From: Minisyncoccota bacterium
GTDB taxonomy: Bacteria > Patescibacteriota > Minisyncoccia > Phycocordibacterales > CAJBRS01
Assembly: GCA_017881075.1 (NCBI GenBank)
Contig: JADGRH010000001.1
Location: 59,639 to 123,638 of the forward strand
Reading direction: 5' to 3'
Length of the DNA stretch: 64,000 nt
Shown here in pieces: positions 10,513 through 19,098 of this stretch. Both the position numbers and the translations under genes were made by a program. Under the pieces are notes generated by a model that did not search any database, was not told the origin of the DNA, and worked only from the letters and a program-made list of their open reading frames with translations. Position 1 is the first letter of the stretch. Every line of letters starts with the position of its first letter.

Positions 10513-10558
10513 ACACTAGTCCGATATCGGAGAATGGAGGATTCATTATACTAGTGAT
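10513..10558. repeat. REP hairpin (family 1) with outer cactagt/actagtg inverted repeat
   Basis: 'cactagtccgatatcggagaatggaggattcattatactagtg' contains the perfect tccgatatcgga core and 7-bp outer inverted repeats. Confidence 0.6.
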
Positions 10559-10598
10559 TATTTGTTATAATATGGAGTATAAATTAATCAATTAGATT

Positions 10599-11624
10599 AT
10601 GAGCAAAATACGAGTGGCAATAAACGGAGCGGGAAGGATTGGGCGGGCATTTTACAAGGTGGCAAGCAAGCGGCCGGAAGTGGAGATCGTGGCCATCAAT
10701 GACGTGGGTGACATCAATAATATTGCCTATCTTTTTAAATATGACAGTGTCTATGGGCGAAGTGGTCTGGATATTAAAGTTGCTAATGATCAGAGAAGTT
10801 TAAATATAGACGGTAAGAGCGTAGCTTATCTCAGTGAGAAAGATCCAGCCCTGCTTCCGTGGAAGGATTTGAATATTGACGTAGTAGTTGAATCTACAGG
10901 CTTTTTCACTAGTTTTGAAAAATCAAAACCGCATCTTGATGCTGGAGCGAAGAGAGTGGTGATAACCGCGCCAGTCAAAGAAGACGCTTCGGCTGGCGCA
11001 CCGACGGTCTTGATGGGAATCAACGAAGGTGAGCTAAAGAATTCCAAGATAAGTTCGAACGCTTCCTGCACCACTAACTCCGCCAGTCCGATCTTGGCAA
11101 TACTTGACGAAACCATAGGAGTTGAAAAAGCAATATTGACAACAGTGCACGGATACACGGCCAGTCAATCAATTGTGGACGGGCCGAATAAAAAAGATTG
11201 GAAAGAGGGCCGAGCGGCGGCACAAAATATCGTGCCGACTTCCACCGGCTCGGCCATTGCCGTAGCCAAAGCCCTGACACAGTTTAAAAATAAGTTTGAT
11301 GGCATTTCCATGCGAGTGCCGGTTCCGGCAGGATCCATTGCCGATATCACTTTTATTGCAAAGCGAAACACCACTGTTGAAGAGGTTAATTCTATTTTAA
11401 AAAAGGCGGCAACCGATCCCCGCTGGCAGAAAATTTTCACCGTGACCGAAGAGCAGATTGTCTCCACTGATATTATCGGAGCTCCTCACGCCGCTATTGC
11501 TGATCTTGGACTGACTCGGGTAGTTGATAATAATCTGGTGAAAGTGCTGTCCTGGTATGACAATGAGATGGGGTACACTTACTCGTTGGTAGAGCATGTA
11601 ATAGAAGCAGGAAAGTATCTATGA
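10599..11624 (+). CDS. gap: Glyceraldehyde-3-phosphate dehydrogenase
   Basis: N-terminal NAD-binding 'INGAGRIGR', catalytic 'SNASCTTNS', GAPDH-typical length (341 aa). Its stop overlaps the rpiB start (ATGA). Confidence 0.9.
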   Translation: MSKIRVAINGAGRIGRAFYKVASKRPEVEIVAINDVGDINNIAYLFKYDSVYGRSGLDIKVANDQRSLNIDGKSVAYLSEKDPALLPWKDLNIDVVVESTGFFTSFEKSKPHLDAGAKRVVITAPVKEDASAGAPTVLMGINEGELKNSKISSNASCTTNSASPILAILDETIGVEKAILTTVHGYTASQSIVDGPNKKDWKEGRAAAQNIVPTSTGSAIAVAKALTQFKNKFDGISMRVPVPAGSIADITFIAKRNTTVEEVNSILKKAATDPRWQKIFTVTEEQIVSTDIIGAPHAAIADLGLTRVVDNNLVKVLSWYDNEMGYTYSLVEHVIEAGKYL

Positions 11625-12124
11625 AAATTTATCTTGCCTCAGATCACGCCGGTTTTAAATTAAAAGACATACTTACTCCTTTCATTAAGGAGTTGGGATA
11701 CGAGGTATTGGATCTGGGAGCATTCACCTACAAAGCGGGGGATGATTATCCTGATTATATTAAACTGGCGGCAGAAAAAGTCTCGGAAGATCCGGAAAAT
11801 GGTAAGGCTATTATTTTGGGAGCTTCCGGTGAAGGGGAGGCGATCGTTGCCAATAAATATAGGGGTGTTCGTGCAACTGTTTATTACGGAGGTAATAGAG
11901 AAATCATCAAGCTTTCTCGTCATGATAATGATTCAAATATCCTGTCCCTAGGGGCCAGATTTCTAAATGAAAAAGAAGCAAAGGAAATGGTTAAATTATG
12001 GCTTGGCGCTAAATTTTCAGAGGAGGAGACAAGACATGTCCGCCGTATAAAGAAAATAGCCGAAATCGAAAAAGTGGCTGGGAAAGGCAAAAAGACAAAA
12101 CTTCGAAAGTTTTTAAGATTTTAA
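11621..12124 (+). CDS. rpiB: Ribose-5-phosphate isomerase B (RpiB/LacAB family) with Lys-rich C-terminal tail
   Basis: 'MKIYLASDHAGFKLKD...' N-terminus and overall RpiB-like pattern. Translationally coupled to gap. Confidence 0.75.
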   Translation: MKIYLASDHAGFKLKDILTPFIKELGYEVLDLGAFTYKAGDDYPDYIKLAAEKVSEDPENGKAIILGASGEGEAIVANKYRGVRATVYYGGNREIIKLSRHDNDSNILSLGARFLNEKEAKEMVKLWLGAKFSEEETRHVRRIKKIAEIEKVAGKGKKTKLRKFLRF

Positions 12125-12129
12125 ATTGA

Positions 12130-12804
12130 ATGGAGATTCTTCCTGCAATAATGCCCGAAAGTTATGACGACCTGCGCGATAAACTGGCCGAGGTCTCAAC
12201 TTTGGTGACGGTCGTCCAGATAGATGTTATGGACGGCCGGTTCGTGGAATCAAAGAGCTGGCCATACAATCTGCATGGCACTGATACTGATTTTAGTAAG
12301 ATTTTACATGAAGATGAGGGCTTGCCGTTTTGGGATAGGCTGGATTTTGAAATTGATTTAATAGTGGAAGATCCACAGCAACAGGTGGAGAAATGGATGA
12401 AGGCTGGCGCCTCTAGGCTGGTAATTCATATTGAAAGTATTAAAGATGATGCTGTCAGTTTGCTTGAAGAAGTGAAGAGGGGTGAAGTTGGAGTAGGTCT
12501 TGCTTTGGATATGGACACCGATGTTGAAGAGGTGTTACCGTTTTTAGATTATGTGGACTTTGTGCAGTTGATGGGGATCGACCACGATGGTTTTCAGGGC
12601 GCCCCTTTTGACCAGAAAGTGCTTGAGAAAATAAAGAGATTGAAAGAGGAGTCGCCGTCGACATTGATTAGTGTCGACGGCGGAGTCAATTTAGAGACGG
12701 CGCCCGCTTTAATAGAGGCGGGCGCCGACCGACTGATCATCGGCTCAGCTATTTTTGAGAGTGGAGATATTGAGGGCGCTATAACCGATTTTGAGAGTTT
12801 ATAG
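12130..12804 (+). CDS. rpe: Ribulose-phosphate 3-epimerase-like protein
   Basis: 'VVQIDVMDGRFV' metal-binding signature of RPE, TIM-barrel-size protein (224 aa), located in the pentose-phosphate cluster. Confidence 0.6.
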   Translation: MEILPAIMPESYDDLRDKLAEVSTLVTVVQIDVMDGRFVESKSWPYNLHGTDTDFSKILHEDEGLPFWDRLDFEIDLIVEDPQQQVEKWMKAGASRLVIHIESIKDDAVSLLEEVKRGEVGVGLALDMDTDVEEVLPFLDYVDFVQLMGIDHDGFQGAPFDQKVLEKIKRLKEESPSTLISVDGGVNLETAPALIEAGADRLIIGSAIFESGDIEGAITDFESL

Positions 12805-12908
12805 CATCGTCATAAGCGGAACCTACCGCTTTAAAACAGACTAAGACTTGGGCAAACGCCCCGGAGTGGTCTGTTTTAAGGCGCGTAGGTGAGCATTATG
12901 ACGATGAT
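12804..12908. repeat. ~100-nt imperfect palindromic element between rpe and tkt
   Basis: Outer arms atcgtcataa (12804-12813) / ttatgacgat (12896-12905). Inner arms aaaacagac / gtctgtttt and cctaccgc / gcgcgtagg. No coding potential on the forward strand. Confidence 0.5.
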
Positions 12909-12925
12909 AATAGTATAATTGAATT

Positions 12926-13792
12926 ATGTCTTTAACCGACAAAGAGATCCAACATTTAGAAGAAAAAGCGAACGACATCCGTCTTTCTATCATTGAAATG
13001 CTCATTGAAGCCGGCTCCGGCCACACCGCTGGCCCTCTCGGTATGGCCGACATTTTCACTGCTCTTTATTTTCAAATCTTAAATCACGACCCGAAAAAGC
13101 CAGACTGGCCGGAAAGGGATCGATTGGTCTTATCAAATGGCCACATCTGCCCGGTTCTATATTCCACCATGGCTCATTCAGGTTATTTTCCGGTGGAAGA
13201 ATTAAAGACTCTGCGTAAATTTGGCTCCCGTCTCCAAGGTCATCCCCATAGAGATTTTCTTCCATATCTTGAAAATAGTTCCGGCCCACTCGGATCAGGT
13301 CTTTCGCAAGCCACTGGTATGGCCCTTGCCGATAGAATTGATCGCGGTGATAGCAATGATCGCTACATTTATTGCCTGATGAGTGATGGGGAATTGGATG
13401 CCGGAAATAGTTGGGAGGGAGCGATGCTTGCCGGCAAGGAGAAATTGAGAAACCTGATCGCCATCGTTGACCGCAATAATATTCAGATAGACGGCTTTAC
13501 CGAAGACATCATGCCACTTGAAAATCTCCGAGCTCGTTGGGAGGCTTGGAATTGGCACGTGCTCGAGATAGACGGCCACAATTTCAATGAGATCGTTGAT
13601 GCGGTCGGTGAGGCAAAGGCTGTTTTTGAAAAACCAACAGTCATAATTGCCCACACTATTCCCGGCAAAGGAGTAAAGGAATTTGAACGAGACTATCGAT
13701 GGCACGGTAAAGCACCCAATAAAGAAGAAGCGAAAATGGCATTGAACGAATTACGAACATTAGGAGGAAAAATTAAAAGCGAACTTGAATAA
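12926..13792 (+). CDS. Transketolase, N-terminal (TPP-binding) subunit of a split transketolase
   Basis: 'GSGHTAGPLGMADIFTALYF' and 'LSNGH' motifs. 288 aa, matching the N-terminal half only. Overlaps the next gene by 8 nt. Confidence 0.85.
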   Translation: MSLTDKEIQHLEEKANDIRLSIIEMLIEAGSGHTAGPLGMADIFTALYFQILNHDPKKPDWPERDRLVLSNGHICPVLYSTMAHSGYFPVEELKTLRKFGSRLQGHPHRDFLPYLENSSGPLGSGLSQATGMALADRIDRGDSNDRYIYCLMSDGELDAGNSWEGAMLAGKEKLRNLIAIVDRNNIQIDGFTEDIMPLENLRARWEAWNWHVLEIDGHNFNEIVDAVGEAKAVFEKPTVIIAHTIPGKGVKEFERDYRWHGKAPNKEEAKMALNELRTLGGKIKSELE

Positions 13793-14804
13793 TCTAAACC
13801 CCAAAATTTTTGATAAAGATGTAGAACAAGTGCCGATCCGAAAAGGATTCGGCGAAGGGCTTCTCATTGCCGGAGAAAAAAATGAAAATGTTGTCGGGCT
13901 TTGCGCTGATTTAACAGAGTCAACACAAATGCATCTTTTCAAACAAAAATTTCCAAATCGATTCGTTCAAGTCGGTGTGGCCGAGCAGAATTTAGCCACC
14001 GTTGCTTCCGGTATGACCGCTATGGGAAAGATCCCGTTCATATCTTCTTACGCCATGTTCAGTCCCGGCCGCAATTGGGAGCAGATCCGTACCACTATTT
14101 GCTATAACAATGCTAACGTCAAAATTGCCGGCAGCCACGCCGGAGTTTCGGTCGGGCCTGATGGCGGGAGCCATCAGGCCCTTGAAGACATCTCTATTAC
14201 GAGAGTAATCCCTCGAATGACAGTCATTTCGCCTTGTGATGCCATTGAAGCCAGAAAAGCTACTCTCGCCGCGGCCGAGATGGTGGGGCCTGTTTATATC
14301 CGTCTTGCTCGCGAGAAAACTCCCATCATCACTACCGAAGAGACACCTTTTGAGATCGGCCTTGGTCAAATATTTTATGATTCGGATGAGAGGGGTTCGA
14401 CCTCTAAAATTGAGGGGTCGAACCCCTCCAAAAGGGCGGGGATCATTGCCACGGGTGCTCTTGTTTACCAAGCAATAATAGCAGCTAAAGAATTGGAAAA
14501 GGAAGGGATTTCAGTCAAAGTTTTAAATCTTGCCACCATCAAACCACTTGATGAAGCTGCTATCTTGCTCTTGGCAAAAGAGACGAGAGCTATCGTTACT
14601 GTAGAAGAACATCAGATCAATGGGGGAATGGGTTCGGCTGTGGCCGAAAGTTTGGCTAAACATTTTCCAGTACCAGTGGAATTCATTGGTGCCAAAGATA
14701 AGTTTGGTCAGTCCGGAACTCCAGCAGAACTGATTGAGCACTATGGCATGGGCATCGATTCCATCAAAAAAGCAGTGAAGGATGTCTTAGCCCGAAAAAA
14801 ATAA
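13785..14804 (+). CDS. Transketolase, C-terminal (pyrimidine-binding) subunit, carrying an in-frame palindromic insertion
   Basis: 'FVQVGVAEQNLATVASGM...' Pyr-domain signature. Residues ERGSTSKIEGSNPSKR are encoded by a 13-bp perfect inverted repeat. Confidence 0.85.
   Translation: MNNLNPKIFDKDVEQVPIRKGFGEGLLIAGEKNENVVGLCADLTESTQMHLFKQKFPNRFVQVGVAEQNLATVASGMTAMGKIPFISSYAMFSPGRNWEQIRTTICYNNANVKIAGSHAGVSVGPDGGSHQALEDISITRVIPRMTVISPCDAIEARKATLAAAEMVGPVYIRLAREKTPIITTEETPFEIGLGQIFYDSDERGSTSKIEGSNPSKRAGIIATGALVYQAIIAAKELEKEGISVKVLNLATIKPLDEAAILLLAKETRAIVTVEEHQINGGMGSAVAESLAKHFPVPVEFIGAKDKFGQSGTPAELIEHYGMGIDSIKKAVKDVLARKK
14390..14428. repeat. Perfect 13-bp inverted repeat (gaggggttcgacc ... ggtcgaacccctc, 13-nt spacer) lying in frame inside the tkt C-subunit gene
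   Basis: Direct inspection: 14390-14402 is the reverse complement of 14416-14428. Confidence 0.8.
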
Positions 14805-14836
14805 GCGAAATTGTAAGCTTCGTATTAATTTCGTAC

Positions 14837-15829
14837 CTAGATTTTCACCGGTGCCCAACCGTCGGGCTTCTTTTTTAACCAGGCCTCGATTCCAGATTGT
14901 GAGAGCAGGCCTTTTTGGGCGCCCACTTCTTGCACTACAGACATGGCATTTATCGATCCCCATTGAAGAGCCTCCCCTGTAGACTTGCCGAGAATGATGG
15001 CACTGGTAAAGGTAGAAGCAAAAGCATCTCCGGCACCGGTTCTTTCGTATGGTGGTTTTGGATCGGGATAGGGTTTCATAAACCAACTGTCAGTTCCATC
15101 ATAAGCATATGCGCCATTTGGTCCGTCAGTTATCACCACAATCTTCGGTCCCAGATCAGCCATCATTTTTAATAAGATTTTAACATCCGATTCCGCAGTC
15201 TCTAATATTTTTTGAGATTCTTGAACATTACAAAAAAAAAGTTCACTGCGAGCATAAATATCTTTCAGTTTTTCTTTTCCTAATTTAATATCAAAAACTC
15301 CCGGTTGAAATACGAGCTTAATCTTTGAATGTTCTTTCAAATAGGAAATAATCTTTTCATACATCGCCGAGGCCCCTTCTCGCAGAGAGCTAAGATAAAT
15401 AAATTTCGGTTCTCCAACGTTTGGTAATTCGTACTCGTATTCCTCATGTTTTATCAGTATGGTTCGCTCATCATGGAACCAAAGGACATAATGATGGTTG
15501 GTCTTCATGTCCTGGTTGATCTTGATAAAAGTGGTATCTACGGCGTTTTGGTGTAGGCTCTCCAAGCAGTCTTTGCCTAATTGATCATCCCCTAGATTAG
15601 AGATTAAGGCCGATTTCAAGCCAAGACGAGAGGCGGAAACTGCCGCATTAGGGCTATTTCCAACGGCGTTCACAATCTCTTCAAATTCGTACGGGATCTT
15701 ACTGGCAAAGGAAAGACAGAGCTTCTCGCTAGTGTGTTCTGCATTCCAGAGATCCTCAGCCTGCTCTAATCGAATAAAAGTATCGACTACGGTATCTCCC
15801 AAGGCGATGAAATCAAAGTCATTTTTCAT
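14837..15829 (-). CDS. PfkB-family carbohydrate/nucleoside kinase (ribokinase-like)
   Basis: C-terminal 'TGAGDAFASTF' anion-hole/ATP motif and N-terminal 'ALGDTVVD' of the ribokinase fold. 330 aa. Confidence 0.7.
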   Translation of the reverse strand: MKNDFDFIALGDTVVDTFIRLEQAEDLWNAEHTSEKLCLSFASKIPYEFEEIVNAVGNSPNAAVSASRLGLKSALISNLGDDQLGKDCLESLHQNAVDTTFIKINQDMKTNHHYVLWFHDERTILIKHEEYEYELPNVGEPKFIYLSSLREGASAMYEKIISYLKEHSKIKLVFQPGVFDIKLGKEKLKDIYARSELFFCNVQESQKILETAESDVKILLKMMADLGPKIVVITDGPNGAYAYDGTDSWFMKPYPDPKPPYERTGAGDAFASTFTSAIILGKSTGEALQWGSINAMSVVQEVGAQKGLLSQSGIEAWLKKKPDGWAPVKI

Positions 15830-15860
15830 GAGAATATTATATCAGAAGTTATGTTAAAAT

Positions 15861-16733
15861 ATGATTATGCATTCGCTTAAATATCACCTAGAACAGGCGG
15901 TAAAAAATAAGGTGGCTATTGGCCATTTTAATATTTCCAACATTGAGGGTTTATGGGCCGTTTTTAATGCGGCCAAGGCTTTAAATCTGCCGGTCATTGT
16001 TGGCACATCCGAGAAGGAGCGTGATTTTATCGGTCTAAAACAGTCGGTAGCTTTGATTCGTAGTTTGCGGGAAGAATTTGATTATCCGATCTTTCTCAAC
16101 GCCGATCATACTTATTCATTTGAAAAAGTGAAGGAAGCGGTGGACGCGGGCTACGATGCCGTCATTTACGATGGGGCAGAACAACCCCTTGAAGAAAATA
16201 TAAAAATAACTAGGCAGTGTGTTGAATATGCCAGAAGTAAAAATCCGAACATTGTGGTGGAAGGGGAGCTCGGCTACAAAGGAACTTCTTCTCAAGTCCT
16301 GGATTCAATTCCAAAAGGCGTGGAACTAGATAAGGAATATTTAACCAGCGTAGAGGAAGCGGCTCGATTTGTAAAAGAAACGGGAGTGGATCTTTTGGCT
16401 CCAGCCATAGGTAATTTTCATGGAATGCTCTCAAGTGGACATGACCCAGCCTTGAATATTGATGTGGCCAGAGAGGTGGCAGAGGCAGCCGGTATCCCTC
16501 TGGTTCTTCATGGTGCTTCCGGCAATTCCGCCGAAGACATTAAAGCCTCCATTGACGCCGGTGTTTCCATTGTGCATGTCAGCACCGAGCTACGGGTAGC
16601 ATTCAGGAAGAGTCTTGAAGAAACTTTGGCTGCCAATCCTAAGGAGGTCGCCACTTACAAAATTTTAGGACCGTCAGTAGAGGCAGTGCAGAAAGTGGTG
16701 ACAGATAAATTAAAAATATTCAATGAAAGATGA
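15861..16733 (+). CDS. fba: Class II fructose/tagatose-bisphosphate aldolase
   Basis: 'KVAIGHFNISN', 'LNADHT', 'LHGASG' class II aldolase signatures. 290 aa. Confidence 0.8.
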   Translation: MIMHSLKYHLEQAVKNKVAIGHFNISNIEGLWAVFNAAKALNLPVIVGTSEKERDFIGLKQSVALIRSLREEFDYPIFLNADHTYSFEKVKEAVDAGYDAVIYDGAEQPLEENIKITRQCVEYARSKNPNIVVEGELGYKGTSSQVLDSIPKGVELDKEYLTSVEEAARFVKETGVDLLAPAIGNFHGMLSSGHDPALNIDVAREVAEAAGIPLVLHGASGNSAEDIKASIDAGVSIVHVSTELRVAFRKSLEETLAANPKEVATYKILGPSVEAVQKVVTDKLKIFNER

Positions 16734-18360
16734 AATTCAGAAGATAATCAAAGGAGAGGCCGAAGACGATGAAACCACTCTCAAAACTTATAGCCGTGAC
16801 GCTAGTCTTTTTTTGGTCCGGCCGAGTTTGGTGGTTTTTCCGAAAGACACAGAAGATTTGAAAGCTTTAGTTAAATATGTAAATGAAAATAAAGCGGACC
16901 GGCCGGAACTTTCTCTTACCGGCCGGTCTGCCGGAACGGATATGACTGGCGGACCGCTGAACGACTCCATCATTCTGGATTTCACACGCCATTTCAAAAA
17001 GGAAAAAGTGGACGTTGAGGCTCTTTCCGCTGTGGTAGAGCCGGGCGTATTCTATCATGATTTTGAGACCGACACTCTGCCGAAACACATCTCACTACCC
17101 GTTTATCCGGCCTCAAAACAGTTGGCCGCTCTCGGTGGCATGATTATGAATAATGCTGCTGGCGAAAAGACTCTTCGTTATGGTCAAATCAGAGATTTCG
17201 TTAATGAAATTTCCATGATCCTTTCCGATGGAAATGAGTATTCATTTCGGAAACTGAATAAAAAAGAATTGGATGAAAAGCTCGCCCTCCAGAATTTCGA
17301 GGGCGAGCTCTACCGAAAAGTCCACACTTTAATTGAAAATAATTATGATCTAATTCAAAAGGCTAAGCCAAAAACTACTAAAAATTCATCCGGCTATTCT
17401 CTTTGGCGAGTGTGGGACCGCCAGACTTTTGATATGAGTCAACTATTCGTCGGCTCGCAGGGGACTCTCGGGTTGCTCGCCGAAGCCAAGATGAGATTGA
17501 TAAAAGAAAAACCATATCGAAAATTAATTGCCACCTTTTTTAAATCTTGGGATGATCTACCGGCGATGGTTAATGCCATCTTGCCGTTTAATCCTGAAAG
17601 TATGGAAGCTTTTGATGACACCACTCTTAAGTTGGGAATTCAGTTTATGCCGGAAATTGCCAAACGAGCACATGAGCATTTCTGGCGCTTTGCATTACGT
17701 TTTCTGCCGGAAGCTTTTATCGGAATAGAAATGGGTGGCCTCCCTAAATTAATTGTTCTTGTTGAATTATCAGAGGACTCTCAAGAGGAAATAGATAAAA
17801 AGGTTCCAGAGATTGAAAATATTCTAAAAACTTTTCCAGTGCATGTGCGGGTACTTGATGATGGGCCCGATGCGGAGAAATATTGGATAATGCGACGGGA
17901 GAGTTTCAATCTTCTTCGTCAACATGTTCATGGCCTGAGCACTGCTCCTTTCATTGACGACTTTGCCATTGATCCGGCCAAGATGCCGGAATTTCTGCCA
18001 AAGCTTTTGAAAATTCTTAAAGATCATGGCATTAAGGCCAACATTGCCGGCCACGCCGGTAATGGAAATTATCATATTATTCCACTAATGGATCTGAAGG
18101 AGGCAAGCGAGAGAGACAAAATATTGCCAGTAGCCAAGCTGGTCTATGATTTGATCATTCAATCGGGTGGCACCATTACTGCCGAACACAATGATGGTAT
18201 CATTCGCACTCCATTTGTGGAGCAAATGTTTGGTCACGAAATGTATCATCTATTTGAAGAAGTAAAGAAGATTCTTGATCCGCAGGATATTTTTAACCCT
18301 GGCAAGAAGGTAGGGGGTACCTTAAAATATCTAGAAGAGCATATTGCCAAAGGCGCCTGA
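16723..18360 (+). CDS. FAD-linked oxidase (GlcD / D-lactate dehydrogenase-like FAD-binding oxidoreductase)
   Basis: PCMH-type FAD-binding N-terminal region ('PSLVVFPKDTEDLKALV...LTGRSAGTDMTGGPL') and a C-terminal FAD-oxidase domain. 545 aa. Confidence 0.6.
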   Translation: MKDEIQKIIKGEAEDDETTLKTYSRDASLFLVRPSLVVFPKDTEDLKALVKYVNENKADRPELSLTGRSAGTDMTGGPLNDSIILDFTRHFKKEKVDVEALSAVVEPGVFYHDFETDTLPKHISLPVYPASKQLAALGGMIMNNAAGEKTLRYGQIRDFVNEISMILSDGNEYSFRKLNKKELDEKLALQNFEGELYRKVHTLIENNYDLIQKAKPKTTKNSSGYSLWRVWDRQTFDMSQLFVGSQGTLGLLAEAKMRLIKEKPYRKLIATFFKSWDDLPAMVNAILPFNPESMEAFDDTTLKLGIQFMPEIAKRAHEHFWRFALRFLPEAFIGIEMGGLPKLIVLVELSEDSQEEIDKKVPEIENILKTFPVHVRVLDDGPDAEKYWIMRRESFNLLRQHVHGLSTAPFIDDFAIDPAKMPEFLPKLLKILKDHGIKANIAGHAGNGNYHIIPLMDLKEASERDKILPVAKLVYDLIIQSGGTITAEHNDGIIRTPFVEQMFGHEMYHLFEEVKKILDPQDIFNPGKKVGGTLKYLEEHIAKGA

Positions 18361-18403
18361 CCAGTGTTTGATTTTTTAATTTCAGTCTATATAATAGGTT
18401 TCT

Positions 18404-19078
18404 ATGCTGACTTTATCGATAGAAAAGCGCCAAAAGAAAGAGAAATTAGAGAAAATTAGGAAAAACGGCAAAATCCCGGCTGTTTTTTATGGACGCAAAG
18501 AAGCGGCTACCTCTATCGCTCTGTCTGAAGTGGATTTTCTAAAAGCCTGGAAAGAAGCGGGAGAATCATCCGTCCTAGTATTGAAAGGGGTAGGTGATGA
18601 GCATGAGGCTCTGATTCACGCCGTTGACACCGATCCGGTAACAGGCCGAGTTCGTCACGCTGATTTTTATGTAATTGAGAAAGGTAAGAAGCTGAAGATC
18701 AAAGTGCCGATTGAATTTACTGGCATTGCTCCGGCAGTGAAAGAGCTTGGAGGTATGTTGGTCAAAGTTCTTTATGAGTTGGAAGTCGAGGCTTTACCAA
18801 AAGATCTACCTCATAAAATTGAAGTTAGTATTTCCACACTTGTTAATTTTGAAAGTCAGATTCTGGCCAAGGATGTTAATTTACCGGCCGGTGTAGAATT
18901 AGTTATTGACCCGGAAGAAGTAGTGGCTCTGACCGCCGAAGCCAAAGAAGAAGTGGAGGAAGTGGTTGCACCGGTAGATCTTTCCGCCATTGAAGTAGAA
19001 GAGAAAGGTAAGAAGAAAGAAGAAGGGGAAGAGGCGGCGGCCGAAGAGAAGCCGGCCGCCGCCGCCGAAACGAAGTAA
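18404..19078 (+). CDS. rplY: 50S ribosomal protein L25 / general stress protein Ctc, with acidic C-terminal tail
   Basis: 'RKNGKIPAVFYG' N-terminus, beta-barrel pattern, Glu/Ala-rich tail. Confidence 0.75.
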   Translation: MLTLSIEKRQKKEKLEKIRKNGKIPAVFYGRKEAATSIALSEVDFLKAWKEAGESSVLVLKGVGDEHEALIHAVDTDPVTGRVRHADFYVIEKGKKLKIKVPIEFTGIAPAVKELGGMLVKVLYELEVEALPKDLPHKIEVSISTLVNFESQILAKDVNLPAGVELVIDPEEVVALTAEAKEEVEEVVAPVDLSAIEVEEKGKKKEEGEEAAAEEKPAAAAETK

Positions 19079-19098
19079 TTATTCTAATCATTAAATTT

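Noticed and set aside
12805-12925. TPP riboswitch upstream of the transketolase gene
   Set aside because: No CUGAGA / ACCUGAUCUGGAUAAUGCCAGCG-like conserved elements. The region is instead a simple nested palindrome.
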